A stretch of 64,000 nucleotides of DNA, taken from Felis catus (Eukaryota). Below the pieces are notes generated by a model. It was not told the origin of the DNA. It was given only the letters and a program-made list of their open reading frames with translations, and did not search any database. Each line of letters opens with the position of its first letter. The stretch's first letter is position 1. The stretch spans positions 214,708,001 through 214,772,000 of the forward strand of contig NC_058368.1 in assembly GCF_018350175.1 (NCBI RefSeq), given 5' to 3'. Position numbers and translations under genes: made by a program. Shown here piece by piece: positions 25,666 through 39,400 of this stretch.

Positions 25666-26270
25666 GGGGAGTGATATTAGCAAGATGGCAGAGTAGGAAG
25701 TCCTGGACTCTTTTTCTTTCCATAAACAGAAATATTCAGCAGTAATTCACAGAAAAATTCTTTCTGTGAGAAACCTAGAAATGAATTGAAAGGCTCTTAC
25801 ACTCTGGAAAAACGTGAAACCAGACTCACTGAAGCCAGTAGAGAGATTCAGGATATTCTCCAGAATCCCTATCCCTGATACAGAACCTTACAGTCAAGAG
25901 ACCCGCTAGTTCTCAGCTTCTCCCAGGGATGGGAAGGGGTTGGTTTCTGCATATAACACTCCAGCTTTTCTGGGGGCTTCTCAGAGGACTGGCTTCTCTT
26001 GTTCCAGTCTTGGAACTTAAGTGGTACTGGCATATTTTAGCTACCTGGAGGAGAAAGGAGACAGTTCCTTTGGGTGGTAGATGCCATAGGTCCTTCCCCC
26101 TGCTCAGCAGAGTGAGTGGATGAAAAATTCAGCTCTCAGATTATTCTGGAGAATAAAAGAATTGATCCACATCCCAACACCCCAACTTTTCTGGGGCTGA
26201 CCAAATAGCTAGATTGATGTTGTCAGTCTTGGAGCTTTGATGGGTCTGGAGAATAGCCATCTCAAGGGTT
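25666..26270 (+). mobile_element. Old L1 5'UTR fragment
   Basis: Starts ggggagtgatattagcaagatggcagagtaggaagtcc, an L1 5'-terminal YY1-type aagatggc motif; GC content is raised locally. Confidence 0.6.
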
Positions 26271-26655
26271 CAAAGTAGACATCTGCATGATTGTGAATAA
26301 TTTTGTGCTATTTAAAAAATTTGTTATGTTTTCCAAATGCACTATGTTAGAATATGGATTGCTTTATAGATAAAAATAGCGCAATAAATTTTATTAACAA
26401 GAATGCAATACATCATGTTCTGGTGAAAAGGAGAAATTTTGTTTTGTATTTTTATGCATTTATTATTTCAGTTTTTTAAATTCTATTGGTACATGTGTAC
26501 TTCAAAATAATCTGAACACAGTATTTTGCTTTACCAGTATTTTATTATTTCACTGTGGATATCATTTGTGAAATTGTAAAGATTATGTGTATCTTTACAC
26601 GTGTATTACGTGTATTACTTAATGTATAGTATAGTGGAAATCCAGTTAAATTATT

Positions 26656-26870
26656 TCTTTTTTTTAATAATGTTTATTTATTTTTGAGATAGAGAGAGAC
26701 AAAGCATGAGTGAGGGAGGGGCAGACAGAGAGGGAGACACAGAATCTGAAGCAGGCTCCAGGCTCTGAGCTGTCAGCACAGAGCCCGACGTGGGGCTCAA
26801 ACTTGTCAACCGCCAGATCGTGACCTGAGCCAAAGTCGACGCTCAACTGACTGAGCCACCCAGGCGCCCC
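26656..26870 (-). mobile_element. CanSINE (SINEC_Fc-like)
   Basis: Full body ending gagccacccaggcgcccc; flanks agttaaa / agttaaa. Confidence 0.95.
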
Positions 26871-27204
26871 TAGTTAAAAGACTTCTGGTATAATATGATC
26901 ATTGAATTAAGTATTAAAAGTACAATGATATTGAGTTCTGGTCTTGCTACCAAGAGGATGTTCTTCATTATCCCAAACAAATTGATCCATGAAAAAGCCC
27001 ATTTGATGTGAATCTAATTAAGATTGTCCAAATTTTATGTAAGTAATATTTAGGCTCTTTTTCCAAAAATAAAACTAAGGATCTGAAAATAATGTTGTTT
27101 TTAATAAGATTTGTATTATAATAACAATTATGAATAAATACAATGAATAAATGATAAATCTTATGTGTAGTAAGATTTTCCCATTTTTAAGCCCCCCATT
27201 TTTT

Positions 27205-27899
27205 GAACAAATCAGGAGACTATAGATGCTGGAGAGGATGTGGAGAAACAGGAACCCTCTTGCACTGTTGGTGGGAATGCAAATTGGTGCAGCCACTCTG
27301 GAAACCAGTGTGGAGGTTCCTCAAAAAATTAAAAATAGACCTACCCTATGACCCAGCAGTAGCACTGCTAGAAATTTACCCAAGAGATACAGGAGTACTG
27401 ATGCATAGGGGCACTTGTACCCCAATATTTATAGCAGCACTCTCAACAATAGCCAAATTATGGAAGGAGCCTAAATGTCCATCAACTGATGAATGGATAA
27501 AGAAATTGTGGTTTATATACACAATGGAGTACTATGTGGCAATGAGAAAGAATGAAATATGGCCCTTTGTAGCAACATGGATGGAACTAGAGAGTGTTAT
27601 GCTAAGAGAAATAAGTCATTTAGAGAAAGACAGATACCATATGTTTTCACTCTTATGTGGATCCTGAGAAACTTAACAGAAGGGGAGGGGAGGGGAAGGA
27701 AAAAAAAAAAGAGGTTAGAGTGGAAGAGAGCCAAAGCATAAGAGACTGTTAAAAACTGAGAACAAACTGAGGGTTGATGGGGGGTGGGAGGGAGGGGAGG
27801 GTGGGTGATGGATATTGAGGAGGGCACCTTTTGGGATGAGCACTGGGTGTTCTATGGAAACCAATTTGACAATAAACTTCATATATTGAAAAAAAAAAG
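27205..27899 (+). mobile_element. Young 5'-truncated felid L1 (end of ORF2, 3'UTR and poly(A))
   Basis: Open 154-aa ORF2p C-terminus ([26 protein letters not shown]); AATAAA and A tail; TSD aag(c/t)cccccatttttt on both sides. Confidence 0.95.
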
Positions 27900-27965
27900 A
27901 AGTCCCCCATTTTTTTCAGTTAGTGATAAAGACTATTATTTACTTTTGCCTTTTTAAAAAAATAT

Positions 27966-28183
27966 GTTTTTTTAATCTTTATTTCTAAGAGAGAGAGAGA
28001 CAGACAGACAGACAGAGTGTGAGTGGGGGAGAGGCAGAGAGAGAGGGAGACACAGAACCTGAAGCAGGCTCCAGCTCTGAGCTGTCAGCACAGAGCCGGA
28101 GGTGGGACTTGAACTGGTGAACTGGGGGATCATGACCTGAGTCAAAGTCAGACGCCCAGCTGACTGAGCCACCCAGGTGCCCC
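27966..28183 (-). mobile_element. CanSINE
   Basis: Full body; TSD-like tttacttttg(c/a)cttt on both sides. Confidence 0.94.
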
Positions 28184-31100
28184 AACTTTACTTTTGACTT
28201 TTGCAGAGAGTGTCACCATGCTGATAGAACTTGGCCACCAAAATTAACATGTCATGGAGGGAAATCTACAGTGCACCAATGGGATATCTTATAAAATTGA
28301 TTAGGTGACATTAGAGACTTGACATTCATTGGCATACTTGGAACTCTGTTCTCTTTGCATCTGCATACCCAGTTTTGTTTCCAGCACTGACTGAGTTCAA
28401 GGCCCTTATTTGCATTCTGAGAGCTCTTATGGTATGAGAATTATATTCTATATCACTCCCAAGTTACTGCTTGATCATCAATGTAGAGATGGACAGCTGC
28501 CCAAGGAAGATTTCTGCATGATCATTCAAATTATTATTGATTTTGTCATTTTAGAATAATAGAGTGTTTGTTTCTGCTTTCCTATGGTATTTTGAAAACT
28601 ATCCAACGGCTTACACTAATGGCAAGCCAAATACTACTGGGGATCATTATCCAAAAACACTCTGTTATTATAGGGTTGAAGTTGGTCAAACATAGACATA
28701 ACCTCAATTTTTCACGCCTCCAACAGACTTGAGAACATGGTAGGCAGATAGTTTAACGATAAAGCAAAACTTTAGATGAGTATATGGTGAGCAAAAGGGG
28801 ACCTTGAATGCAACATGTTGCAACAGTCTTATATTAATAGAGTCATAAAATTTCCTTAGAAGACAGGCATTTATTATAAATGGATTAATTTGAGGCACAT
28901 AATTAAGTTCCTTTCCAAATGGCAATTAGCCAATCAGAGGTAGAGCATTTCTGACCTTCTTTTCTCCTTTGTCTTTGACTTTCCAACTGGTTATGAGTCT
29001 CACAATTTCCTATTTTATTAGCACTATGTCTGGGAACAACTAAATTACAGAGATTATAGATTCCAGTTACAGTTTTCCTGTATTTTAAACCCAATTTATT
29101 TAATTAAAAAAAGATAATGCTGTTTGCATGTTGAAATCCTATCTTTAAATCCTATCTTCAAAATATCTTTGAAATTCTTTAGTAAGAATCAAAAGATTTC
29201 AGTTTGCATCAGTTGGGTAAAAGTAAATTTTTAAGTTTCCATAATTTTCATGACTTGAAAAATACTTATTCTGCTAATTGTGCAATAATTTGTCTTGATC
29301 TACATAATCCCAGTACTTATGTTTCTCACATTACTTGCCCTAATCTTTACTTTTGTTGCAAAGATTCTGAGTCCTAAACAATCAAATATTTGCATATTCA
29401 AAGATCATTGACTGTCTTCAGACAAAGGCATCCTCACTCACCTCCTTTTTGTGACTCACCTTTACCACACTTAGAAATATGGACCACTTAAAAAAAAAAG
29501 CCTTTAGTAAATCTGGAAAATTCCAAATTTATAGGCGAAACTGAACTCTTTATATACATAACTTATTTTGATCATAAGTGCAGAGTATAAAATCCAAAAG
29601 GTAATTATGATATCATCAGTCATAAGTATATATACTGTTTCCCAAGGACCATTTATGGCCTAAAATTAAACAAGATGCTGATTTCATAACATGTAGGAAT
29701 ACTTTTTAATGATACTTATCTATTTTTAAACTTTTGTTAGAAAATATATAAATGCATTATTAATAACTCAGATGTGTACGTTAAAATAATTGTCTAAGTG
29801 TGGACTAGACCTGAATAGGAGAAATCTTGAAAAGGTTTTAGACTTTGGAGCTCTAACTAGTGAGCCCTTATATAAGCCTAATGAAACTCCTGCACATGGC
29901 AATACATAGCAGGCAAACTGCCTTTCTCTAGGGAATGTTACAAAGGACATTCATTATCTATTAATGGTGTCAGATTCATGGTGAGGACTGTAGATATTTC
30001 CCTGAAACAAGGAAACTGTTTCAAAATTACATAATTTGGATTTAGAATAAAATGTCCTATTCTGTTCCCTGAGTACCTATTTTAAATATATCTTTCAAAA
30101 ACAAAACATTTATAAACTAACTGAAGAGAATTTTAAAATAGATATGATTGCATGTCAAAACAATTTGGTAACTTTGTTTAAACCAGAATAAGTTTTCCCC
30201 TTATTTCCAAACAATGGCCAAAAGTTTGAATAGCACTTTTATTGCTACCAAATTATTTCAAGGATGAATGCAGGTGTTTCTCAGTTGGTATTCCAGGGAA
30301 CATTGGTTCTGGTGAATGCTGCTAGTTTATTGGTTTGTTTGTATCGTGTATCCTGTAATAAGTATCCTGTAATAAGTTTGAAGAATGTCAAACGGAAAAG
30401 GGTTTGGATTCAGAATGTACCAGTATTGTATTGTGATTATGTATCCTCTTCAGAAAGTCATTAATAGTTTTTTGTTTTGTTTTGTTTTGTTTTTGTTTTT
30501 TTTGGACTAGATAGAGAGGAGAGAGTGTTGTAGGGGAAACAGAGCGAGGTGAGAAGTAAAGAGAAGTAAAGTAAAGAGAATCTGTGTCCTAGCTTCTTGA
30601 AAGTTCAGCAGAAAAATGCTTCTCACATGACTACAACCAGCACAGACCCAGCAGTGAGAGCCATTAACAGGACATAATGAACCAGTGATGGGGGGGGGGG
30701 GGTTCTGCATGGCCTCATCATTGAACATCAGAAACAAAAAAGAACACCTCAGAAGATGCCACCTTTGGTAGACAGTGACAACTTAGACAGGATTCCTCCT
30801 GTCCCCTAGGGGCCTTGAGTAATTGAAATTGTATTTTTACAATCAGATGGAATGGAGACTCAAATTAGAAATTATGCTTAGTAAAAGAAAAGTATAGAAA
30901 ATTGTATTCCTTGCACATCTAAGTCTGTGGCTTGAAATTTATTTTCACTGTAGGAACATTTTTTTTTTTTTGGACTAAGATTCCTAGGAATATACTTTAG
31001 AAAACAGTAATCAAGCTAATTAATTCCTGGCAGTACATATATTTCATACTTACTGAGTTGAACAAATTTATCTTCAAAACACAAATTATTTAATAGGTCT

Positions 31101-31355
31101 GATCTACTTAAGTATCATACTAGATGTATGAGGTATGGAATATTGATAATTATCTTAATCAATGAGGAAAAAGAAACAAGGCATGTCTAAATGATCTGTG
31201 ACATTTTCAGTCTTGACCTTGGCTTATCTTAGCCCTCGTTCATACTGTTTCAGCCTGTAGATCTTTGGTGCGGCTATAATTTATGAAGAATAATTATTTT
31301 TCATCTAAGAATGTATTTTTTCAATCTAAGTTGTCCTTTAAAAACAATTCTTTTT

Positions 31356-31620
31356 GGGGGCACCTGGGTGGCTCAGTCGGTTAAGCATCTGACTTTGGCT
31401 CAGGTCATGATCTTATGGTTTGTGGGTTCGAGCCCTGCATCGGGGGCTCTGTGCTGACAGCTCAGAGCCTGGAGCCTGCTTGGGATTCTGTGTCTCCCTC
31501 TCTCCCTGTCTCTGCCCCTCCCCAACTCACACTCTGTCTCTGTCTCTGTCTCTGTCTCTGTCTCTCTCTCTCAAAAATAAATAAAACGTTAGAAGGCACA
31601 CATTGAAAGAAAAAAGAAAA
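31356..31620 (+). mobile_element. CanSINE with (TCTCTG)n expansion
   Basis: gggggcacctgggtggctcagtcgg head and tail; near-TSD aaaa(a/g)caattct. Confidence 0.94.
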
Positions 31621-33484
31621 AGCAATTCTCTTTTTCTTCTAAAAATTACTGCAACCAAGCAAGACAAAGTAGCACCTTAAAAAATTTCTTTAGATTTCTT
31701 TTATAAGCTACAATCAAAACTCTGTTGTATTACTTTAAATTTACATGTACTTTTAGATCAAACATAGTATTACCTAAACTCATCACTATGTAGAATTTAG
31801 TGATTTTGGAAAGTTTAACGAACCATATCTAGTCTTAAAAGTTGAAAATTTGTTACTATTAAAAACATCTCTTGTTCATAGTAGGAGTGAACTTGTTGAA
31901 TAAATGTACTTGGTGAATAAGTGAAAAAATTATCCTGAAGAATATACTCCAGGTTCTTTATGCCTTTTCAAAGCCTAGTGTATCCAGTTTAATTGTTGCC
32001 TACTTATAAGGCATTGCTCATCAACTTTCTTCTTTGCTTTCTTCTATTATCTTATATTAAAGCTAGCTATAAATTAAAATCAATATAGAACATTTATTTA
32101 TACTTTTATTTATTTTATTCTAGTTATTTTTGAGGTTAAGTTATATAGGTAAGGTTAAGATATTATTATTAATTTTTAATCCTACACAGTATTTAGTTAG
32201 GTGTGTCAATAATAGTTAATGTATTTGGCAAAACTTTTTATCATTACCATTGTACTTGAATTGTCTTTTTTCATTTTCCCTCAAACTTAATCAAGAGAGA
32301 GATTTTCAGTTACACAAAAAAGGTGTGGGCTAAAACATAATTACATTGAAAGATACTATACAGGATCATGTCAGTTATATATGCCAAATGGCTGAAAATA
32401 TCAATAGGTTGTTGTATGATTATTTGGCAAGTAAGTAATAAAAGAATTCCCAGCAGGAAATGTGGTTACGTATAGCAGTGCTATATATCTATTTATATTG
32501 TTTCCTAAGGCAATTATTGGTCTTATTTGATGTCTGCAAAATTGTAGAGCATTTATATGTTTATTCATTTGTGTAGCCATGGATCTTAAGTGGGGATTGC
32601 AAGGTTATGTTAAAGGTTCTGCGAATGCTGCCGAAGTATATGCTCATTAAGGGTGTAAATGTATCTGTGCAGTTAATTGCGTAGAAAGCTGGGCTTTTAT
32701 CATGTGTTCATTGATTACTAACAAAGTTAGATCGAGATTATTGTCAATTTCTGTATCATCTAAAGTCTCCATAATTACAATTCAGGTTTTATATATCCTG
32801 TGATTAATATTTTGGCTTAAAAACAACCATCTTGATTCCGACTTTTACATTCATATCAATCAACAAACATCTTGGGTGATTATAATGGGTTGTTCACTAG
32901 GTAGTGCCATGCTTTAAGAAATCACAGTTTAAAGAAGGAGGACAAGAAGATAAACATTGAGCCAATAAATAATAAAACAATAGAAAATCACCACAATCAA
33001 GTGCTAAATTGTGTGGCAAAAGTTACAGATATTATGAGAGTTCAGAAAAGTGATGTCTCCATAAATGTGCATAAGCTGAGAAGGGCTTCAGTTTCTCAAA
33101 ATGAGGAAACTGAAATAAGGAGAGAAGCTTAGAATGAATTCTATGTTTCCCAGCCTTGGAAAGCTACCTTTTATTTAAAGATTTCGTTTCAGGTTTTAAA
33201 GCCCAGCATTGAATTTCATATTGGAATATACAATATTTTTAGGAATCTCAATCAATATACTATAAGTTGAAAATGCCAAGAAAATAAGTATTCTATTATT
33301 ATTTAAACTGTTCATACAATGTTTTTTGGAGGGTTTTTATTGCCTTGCTTTCCTATAAGCATCAGAACAATTGGGTCATCTCTGTTAAAGTATTAAGTAC
33401 TGTTTGGCTCAATGGCCAAGAATGTTTATCAGGGCCTAAACCTTTGACTTCATTTGTAAGAAGATGTCTTAATGTTTTACTAAT

Positions 33485-36400
33485 TGTTTTTCTTTTTCTT
33501 TTTTATGAAATTTATTGTCAATTTGCTTTCCATACAACACCCAGTGCTCATACCAACAGGTACCCTCCTCAATGTCAATCACCCACTTTCCCCTCCCTCC
33601 CACCCCCCATCAACCCTCAGTTTATTCTTAGTTTTTAAGAGTCTCTTATGGTTTGGCTCACTCCCTAACGTTTGTTTTCCTTCCCCTCCCCCATGGTCTT
33701 CTGTTAAGTTTCTCAGGATCCACATAAGAGTGAAACCATATGGTATCTGTCTTTCTCTGAATGACTTATTTCTCTTAGCATAACACTCTCCAGTCCCATC
33801 CACGTTGCTACAAAAGGCCATATTTCATTCTTTCTCATTGCCAAGTAGTATTCCATTGTGTATATAAACCACAATTTCTTTATCCATTCATCAATTGATG
33901 GACATTTAAGCTCCTTCCATAATTTGGCTATTGTTGAAAGTGCTGCTATAAACATTGGGGTACAAGTGCCCCTATGCATCAGTACTCCTGTATCCCTTGG
34001 GTAAATTCCTAGCAGCGCTATTGCTGGGTCATAGGGTAGATCTATTTTTAATTTTTTGAGGAATCTCCACGCTGTTTTCCAGAGAGGATGTACCAGTTTG
34101 CATTCCCACCAACAGTGCAAGAGGATTCCCATTTCTCCACATCCTCTCCAGCCTCTATAGTCTCCTGTTTTGTTTATTTTAGCCACTCTGACTGGCATGA
34201 GGTGATATCTCAGTGTGAATTGATTTGTACCTCCCTGATGAGGAGTGACGTTGAGCATCTTTTCATGTGCCCGTTGGCCATCTGGATGTCTTCTTTAGAG
34301 AAATGCCTATTCATGTTTTTTGCCCATTTCTTCACTGGATTACTTGTTTTTCGGTTGTGGAGTTTGGTGAGTTCTTTATAGATTTTGGATACTAGCCCTT
34401 TGTCTGATATGTCATTTGCAAATATGTTTTCCCATTCCGTTGGTTGCCTTTTAGTTTTGTTGATTGTTTCCTTTGCTGTGCAGAAGCTTTTTATCTTGAT
34501 GAGGTCCCAATAGTTCATTTTTGCTTTAAATTACCTTGCCTTTGGGGATGTGTCAAGTAAGAAATTGCTGCAGCTGAGGTCAGAGAGGTCTTTTCCTGCT
34601 TTCTCCTCTAGGGTTTTGATGGTTTCCTGTTTCACATTTAAGTCCTTTATCCATTTTGAGTTAATTTTTGTGAATGGTGTAAGAAAGGGGTCTAGTTTCA
34701 ATCTTCTGCGTGTTGCTGTCCAGTTCTCCCAGCACCATTTGTTAAAGAGACTGTCTTTTTTCCATTGGGAATTCTTTCCTTCTTTGTCAAAGATTAGTTG
34801 GCCATACTTTTGCGGGTCCAATTCTGGAGTCTCTATTCTATTCCATTGGTCTATGTGTCTGTTTTTGTGCCAATACCATGCTGTCTTGATGATTACACCT
34901 TTGTAATAGAGGCTAAAGTCTGGGATTGTGATGCCTCCCGCTTTGGTCTTCTTCTTTAATATTACTTTGGCTATTCGGGGTCTTTTGTGGTTCCATGCAA
35001 ATTTTAGGATTGCTTGTTCTAGCTTCGAGAAGAATGCTGGTGCAATTTTGATTGGGATTGCATTGAATGTGTAGATTGCTTTTGGTAGTATTGACATTTT
35101 AACAATATTTATTCTTCCAATCCATGAGCACGGAATGTTTTTCCATTTCTTTGTATCTTCTTCAATTTCCTTCATAAGCTTTCTATAGTTTTCAGCATAC
35201 AGATCTTGTACATCTTTGGTTAGGTTTATTCCTAGGTATTTTATGCTTCTTGGTGCAATTGTGAATGGGATCAGTTTCTTTATTTGTCTTTCTGCTGCTC
35301 CATTATGAGTGTATAAGAATGCAACTGATTTCTGTACATTGATTTTGTATCCTGCAACAACTTTACTGAATTCATGTATCAGTTCTAGCAGACTTTTAGT
35401 GGAGTCTGTTGGGTTTTCCATGTATAATATCATGTCCTCTGCAAAAAGTAAAAGCTTGACTTCATCTTTGCCAATTTTGAAGCCTTTGATTTCCTTTTAT
35501 TGTGTGCTGATGCTAGAACTTCCAAAACTATGTTAAACAACAGCGGTGAGAGTGAACATCCCTGACGTGTTCCTGATCTCAGGGGGAGAGCTCTCAGTTT
35601 TTCCCCATTGAGGATGATATTAGCTGTGGGCTTTTCATAAATGGCTTTTATGATGTTTCAGTATGTTCCTTCTAGCCCGACTTTCTCAAAGGTTTTTATT
35701 AAGAAAGAATGTTTTTTTCAAATGCTTTTTCTGCATTGATTGACAGGATATGGTTCTTATCTTTTCTTTTATTAATGTGATGTATCACATTGATTTGCGA
35801 ATGTTGAACCAGCCCTGAATCCCAGGAATGAATCCCACTTGATCATGGTGAATAATTCTTTTTATATGCTATTGAATTCGATTTGCTAGTATCTTTTTTT
35901 TTTTCAACGTTTATTTATTTTTGAGACAGAGAAAGACAGAGCATGAACGGGGGAGGGGCAGAGAGAGAGGGAGACACAGAATCGGAAACAGGCTCCAGGC
36001 TCCGAGCCATCAGCCCAGAGCCTGACGCGGGGCTCGAACTCCCAGACCGCGAGATCGTGACCTGGCTGAAGTCAGACGCTTAACTGACTGCGCCACCAGG
36101 CACCCCATCGATTTGCTAGTATCTTATTGAGAATTTTTGCATCCATATTCATCAGGGATATTGGCCTGTAGTTCTCTTTTTTTACTGGGTCTCTGTCTGG
36201 TTTAGGAATCAAAGTAATGCTGGCTTCATAGAATAAGTCTGGAAGTTTTCCTTCCCTTTCTACTTTTTGGAATAGCTTGAGAAGGATAGGTATTATCTCT
36301 GCTTTAAATGTCTGGTAGAATTCCCCTGGGAAGCCATCTGGTCCTGGACTCTTATTTGTTGGGAGATTTTTGATGACTGATTCAATTTCTTCGCTGGTTA

Positions 36401-39400
36401 TGGGTCTGTTCAAGTTTTCTATTTCTTCCTGTTTGAGTTTTGGAAGTATGTGGGTGCTTAGGAATATGTCTGTTTCTTCCAGGTTGTCCAGTTTGTTGGC
36501 ATATAATTTTTCATAGTACTCCCTGATAATTGCTTGTATTTCTGAGGGATTGGTTTTAATAATTCCATTTTCATTCATGATTTTATCTATTTGGGTCATC
36601 TCCCTTTTCTGTTTGAGAAACCTGGCTAGAGGTTTATCAATTTTGTTTATTTTTTCAAAAAACCAACTCTTGGTTTAATTGATCTACTCTACAGGTTTTT
36701 AGATTCTATATTTATTTCTGCTCTGATCTTTATTATTTCTCTTCTTCTGCCGGGTTTGGGGTGTCTTTGTTGTTCTTCTATTTCCTTTAGGTGTGCTGTT
36801 AGATTTTGTATTTGGGATTTTTCTTGTTTCTTGAGATAGGCCTGGATTGCAATGTATTTTCCTCTCAGAACTGCCTTTGCTGCATCCCAAAGCATTTGGA
36901 TTGTTGTATTTTCATTTTCATTTGTTTCCATATATTTTTGAATGTCTTCTCTAACTGCCTTGTTGACCCGTTCATTCTTTAGTAGGTTGTTCTTTAACCT
37001 CCATGCTTTTGGAGGTTTTCCAGACTTTTTCCTGTGGTTGATTTCAAACTTCATAGCATTGTAGTCTGAAAGTGTGCATGGTATGATCTCAATTCTTGTA
37101 TACTTATGAAGGTCTGTTTTGTGACCCAGTATGTGATCTATCTTGGAGAATGTTCCATGTGCACTTGAGAAGAAAGTATATTCTGTTGCTTTGGGATGCA
37201 GAGTTCTAAATATATCTGTCAAGTCCATCTGATCCAATGTATCATTCAGGGCCCTTGTTTCTTTATTTATCCTGTGTCTAGATCATCTATCTATTGTTGT
37301 AAGTGGGGTATTAAAGCCCCTGCAATTACCACATTTTTATCAATAAGGTTGCTTATGTTTGTGATTAATTATTTTATACATTTGGGGGCTCTCGTATTCG
37401 GCACACAATTTATAATTGTTAGCTCTTCCTGATGGATAGACCCTGTAATTATTATATAATGCCCTTCTTCATCTCTTGTTACAGCCTTTAATTTAAAGTC
37501 TAGTTTGTCTCGTATAAGTATGACTGTTCCAGCTTTCTTTTGACTTCCAGTAGCATGATAGGTAGTTCTCCATCCCCTCACTTTCAGTATGAAGGTGTCC
37601 TCATGTCTAAAATAAGTCTCTTTTAGACAGCAAATAGATGGGTCTTTTTTTTTTTTATCCATTCTGATACCCTGTCTTTTGATTGGAGCATTTAGTCCAT
37701 TTACATTCAGAGTTATTATTGAAAGATATGGGTTTAGAGTCATTGTGATGTCTGTAGGTTTCATGCTTGTAGTGATGTGTCTGGTAGTTTGTGGTCCTTG
37801 CAACATTTCAGTCACAGAATCCCCCTTAGGATCTCTTGTAGGGCTGGTTTAGTGGTGATGAATTCCTTCAGTTTTTGTTTGTTTAGGAAAACCTTTATCT
37901 CTCCTATTCTGAATGATAGACTTGTTGGATAAAGGATTCTTGGCTGCGTATTTTTTCTGCTCATCACATTGAAGATTTCCTGCCATTCCTTTCTGGCCTG
38001 CCAAGTTTCCGTAGATAGGTCTGCCACTACTCTTATATGTCTTTCTTTGTAAGTTAGAGCCTATTTATCCCTAGCTGCTTTCAGAATTTTCTCTTTATCC
38101 TTGTATTTTCCCAGTTTCACTATGATATGTCATGCAGAAGATTGATTCAAGTTATGTCTGAAGAGAGTTCTCTGTGCCTCTTGGATTTCAATGCCTTTTT
38201 CCTTCCCCAGATCAGGGACGTTCTCAGCTATGATTTGTTCAAGTATACTTTCAGCCCCTTTCTCCCTCTCTTCTTTTTCTGGAATTCCTATAATATGGAT
38301 ACTGTTCCGTTTGATTGCATCACTTAGTTCTCTAATTCTCCCCTCATACTCCTGGATTTTTTTATCTTTTTCTCAGTTTCCTCTTTTCCCATAATTTTAT
38401 CTTCTAATTCACCTATTCTCTCCTCTGCCTCTTCAATCTGTACTATGGCTGCCTCCATTTTATTTTGCATTTTATTTTATTTTATTTATTTTAATTTTAT
38501 GACTATTATTCTAAATTCTTGTTCTGTTATATTGCTTAAATTGTTGTTAATCAATTCATTAGCTGTCGCTACTTCCTGGAGTTTATTTTGAGGAGAATTT
38601 TTCCATTTCATCATTTTGGATAGTCCCTGCGGTGGCTGCCAACTGCAGGGCACTTCTCCTGTGCCCTCTGGAGTAACTCCTGTTGGTGGGCGGGCCGCAG
38701 TCAGACCAGATGTCTGCCCCCAGCCCGCTGCTGGGGCCAGGGTCAGACTGGTGTGTACCTTATCTTCCCCTCTCCCAGGGGCAAGACTCACTGTGGAGTG
38801 GTGAGGCCCCTGCCTGGGCTACTTGCACACTGCCAGGCCTGTGGTGCTGCTTCGATTGGATCTGGCGTATTAGCTGGGGTGGATCCGCAAGGTGCACAGG
38901 GGCGGGAGGGGCAGGGTTAGCCCGCTATGCCCTGTGTGGTTCTCTGTGGGAGGGGCCCTGCAGCACTAGGAGGGAGGCATGCCCATTGAAGGGATGGATC
39001 CACAGAAGCACAGTGTTGGGCATTTATTGGGGCAAGCAAGTTCAGTGACGGTAACTGGTTCCCTTTGGAATTTTGGCTGGGGGATGGGAGAGGGAGATGG
39101 CGCTGGCCAGTGCCTCTGTTCCCTGCCGAACTGACCTCTGTCTTCCAGGGCTCAGCAACTCTCCCTCCTGGTGTCCTCTCACCCTCCTGCTGTCTGAGTG
39201 GAGATGTTGACTTTTAACATTCCAGATGTTAAGTCCCACTAGCTGTCAGAACTCACACAGTCTGGCCCCTCCACTTCTGCAAGCCAGACTCAAGGGCTCT
39301 GACTTGCCGGGAAGGCCACCCCTCCACCGCCCTTGCTCCCTCCCGCCAGTCCCTGTAGCATACACTGCCTCTCCGCTCTTCCTACCCTCTTTTGTGGGCC

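Noticed and set aside
30262..30420. Possible hAT/MER relic (also ~8610-8720 and ~48280-48470)
   Set aside because: Resemblance is too weak to call without a profile search.
34531..35433. 300-aa ORF as a host gene or domesticated reverse transcriptase
   Set aside because: It is a fragment of L1 ORF2 within a frameshifted element whose catalytic motif is mutated.
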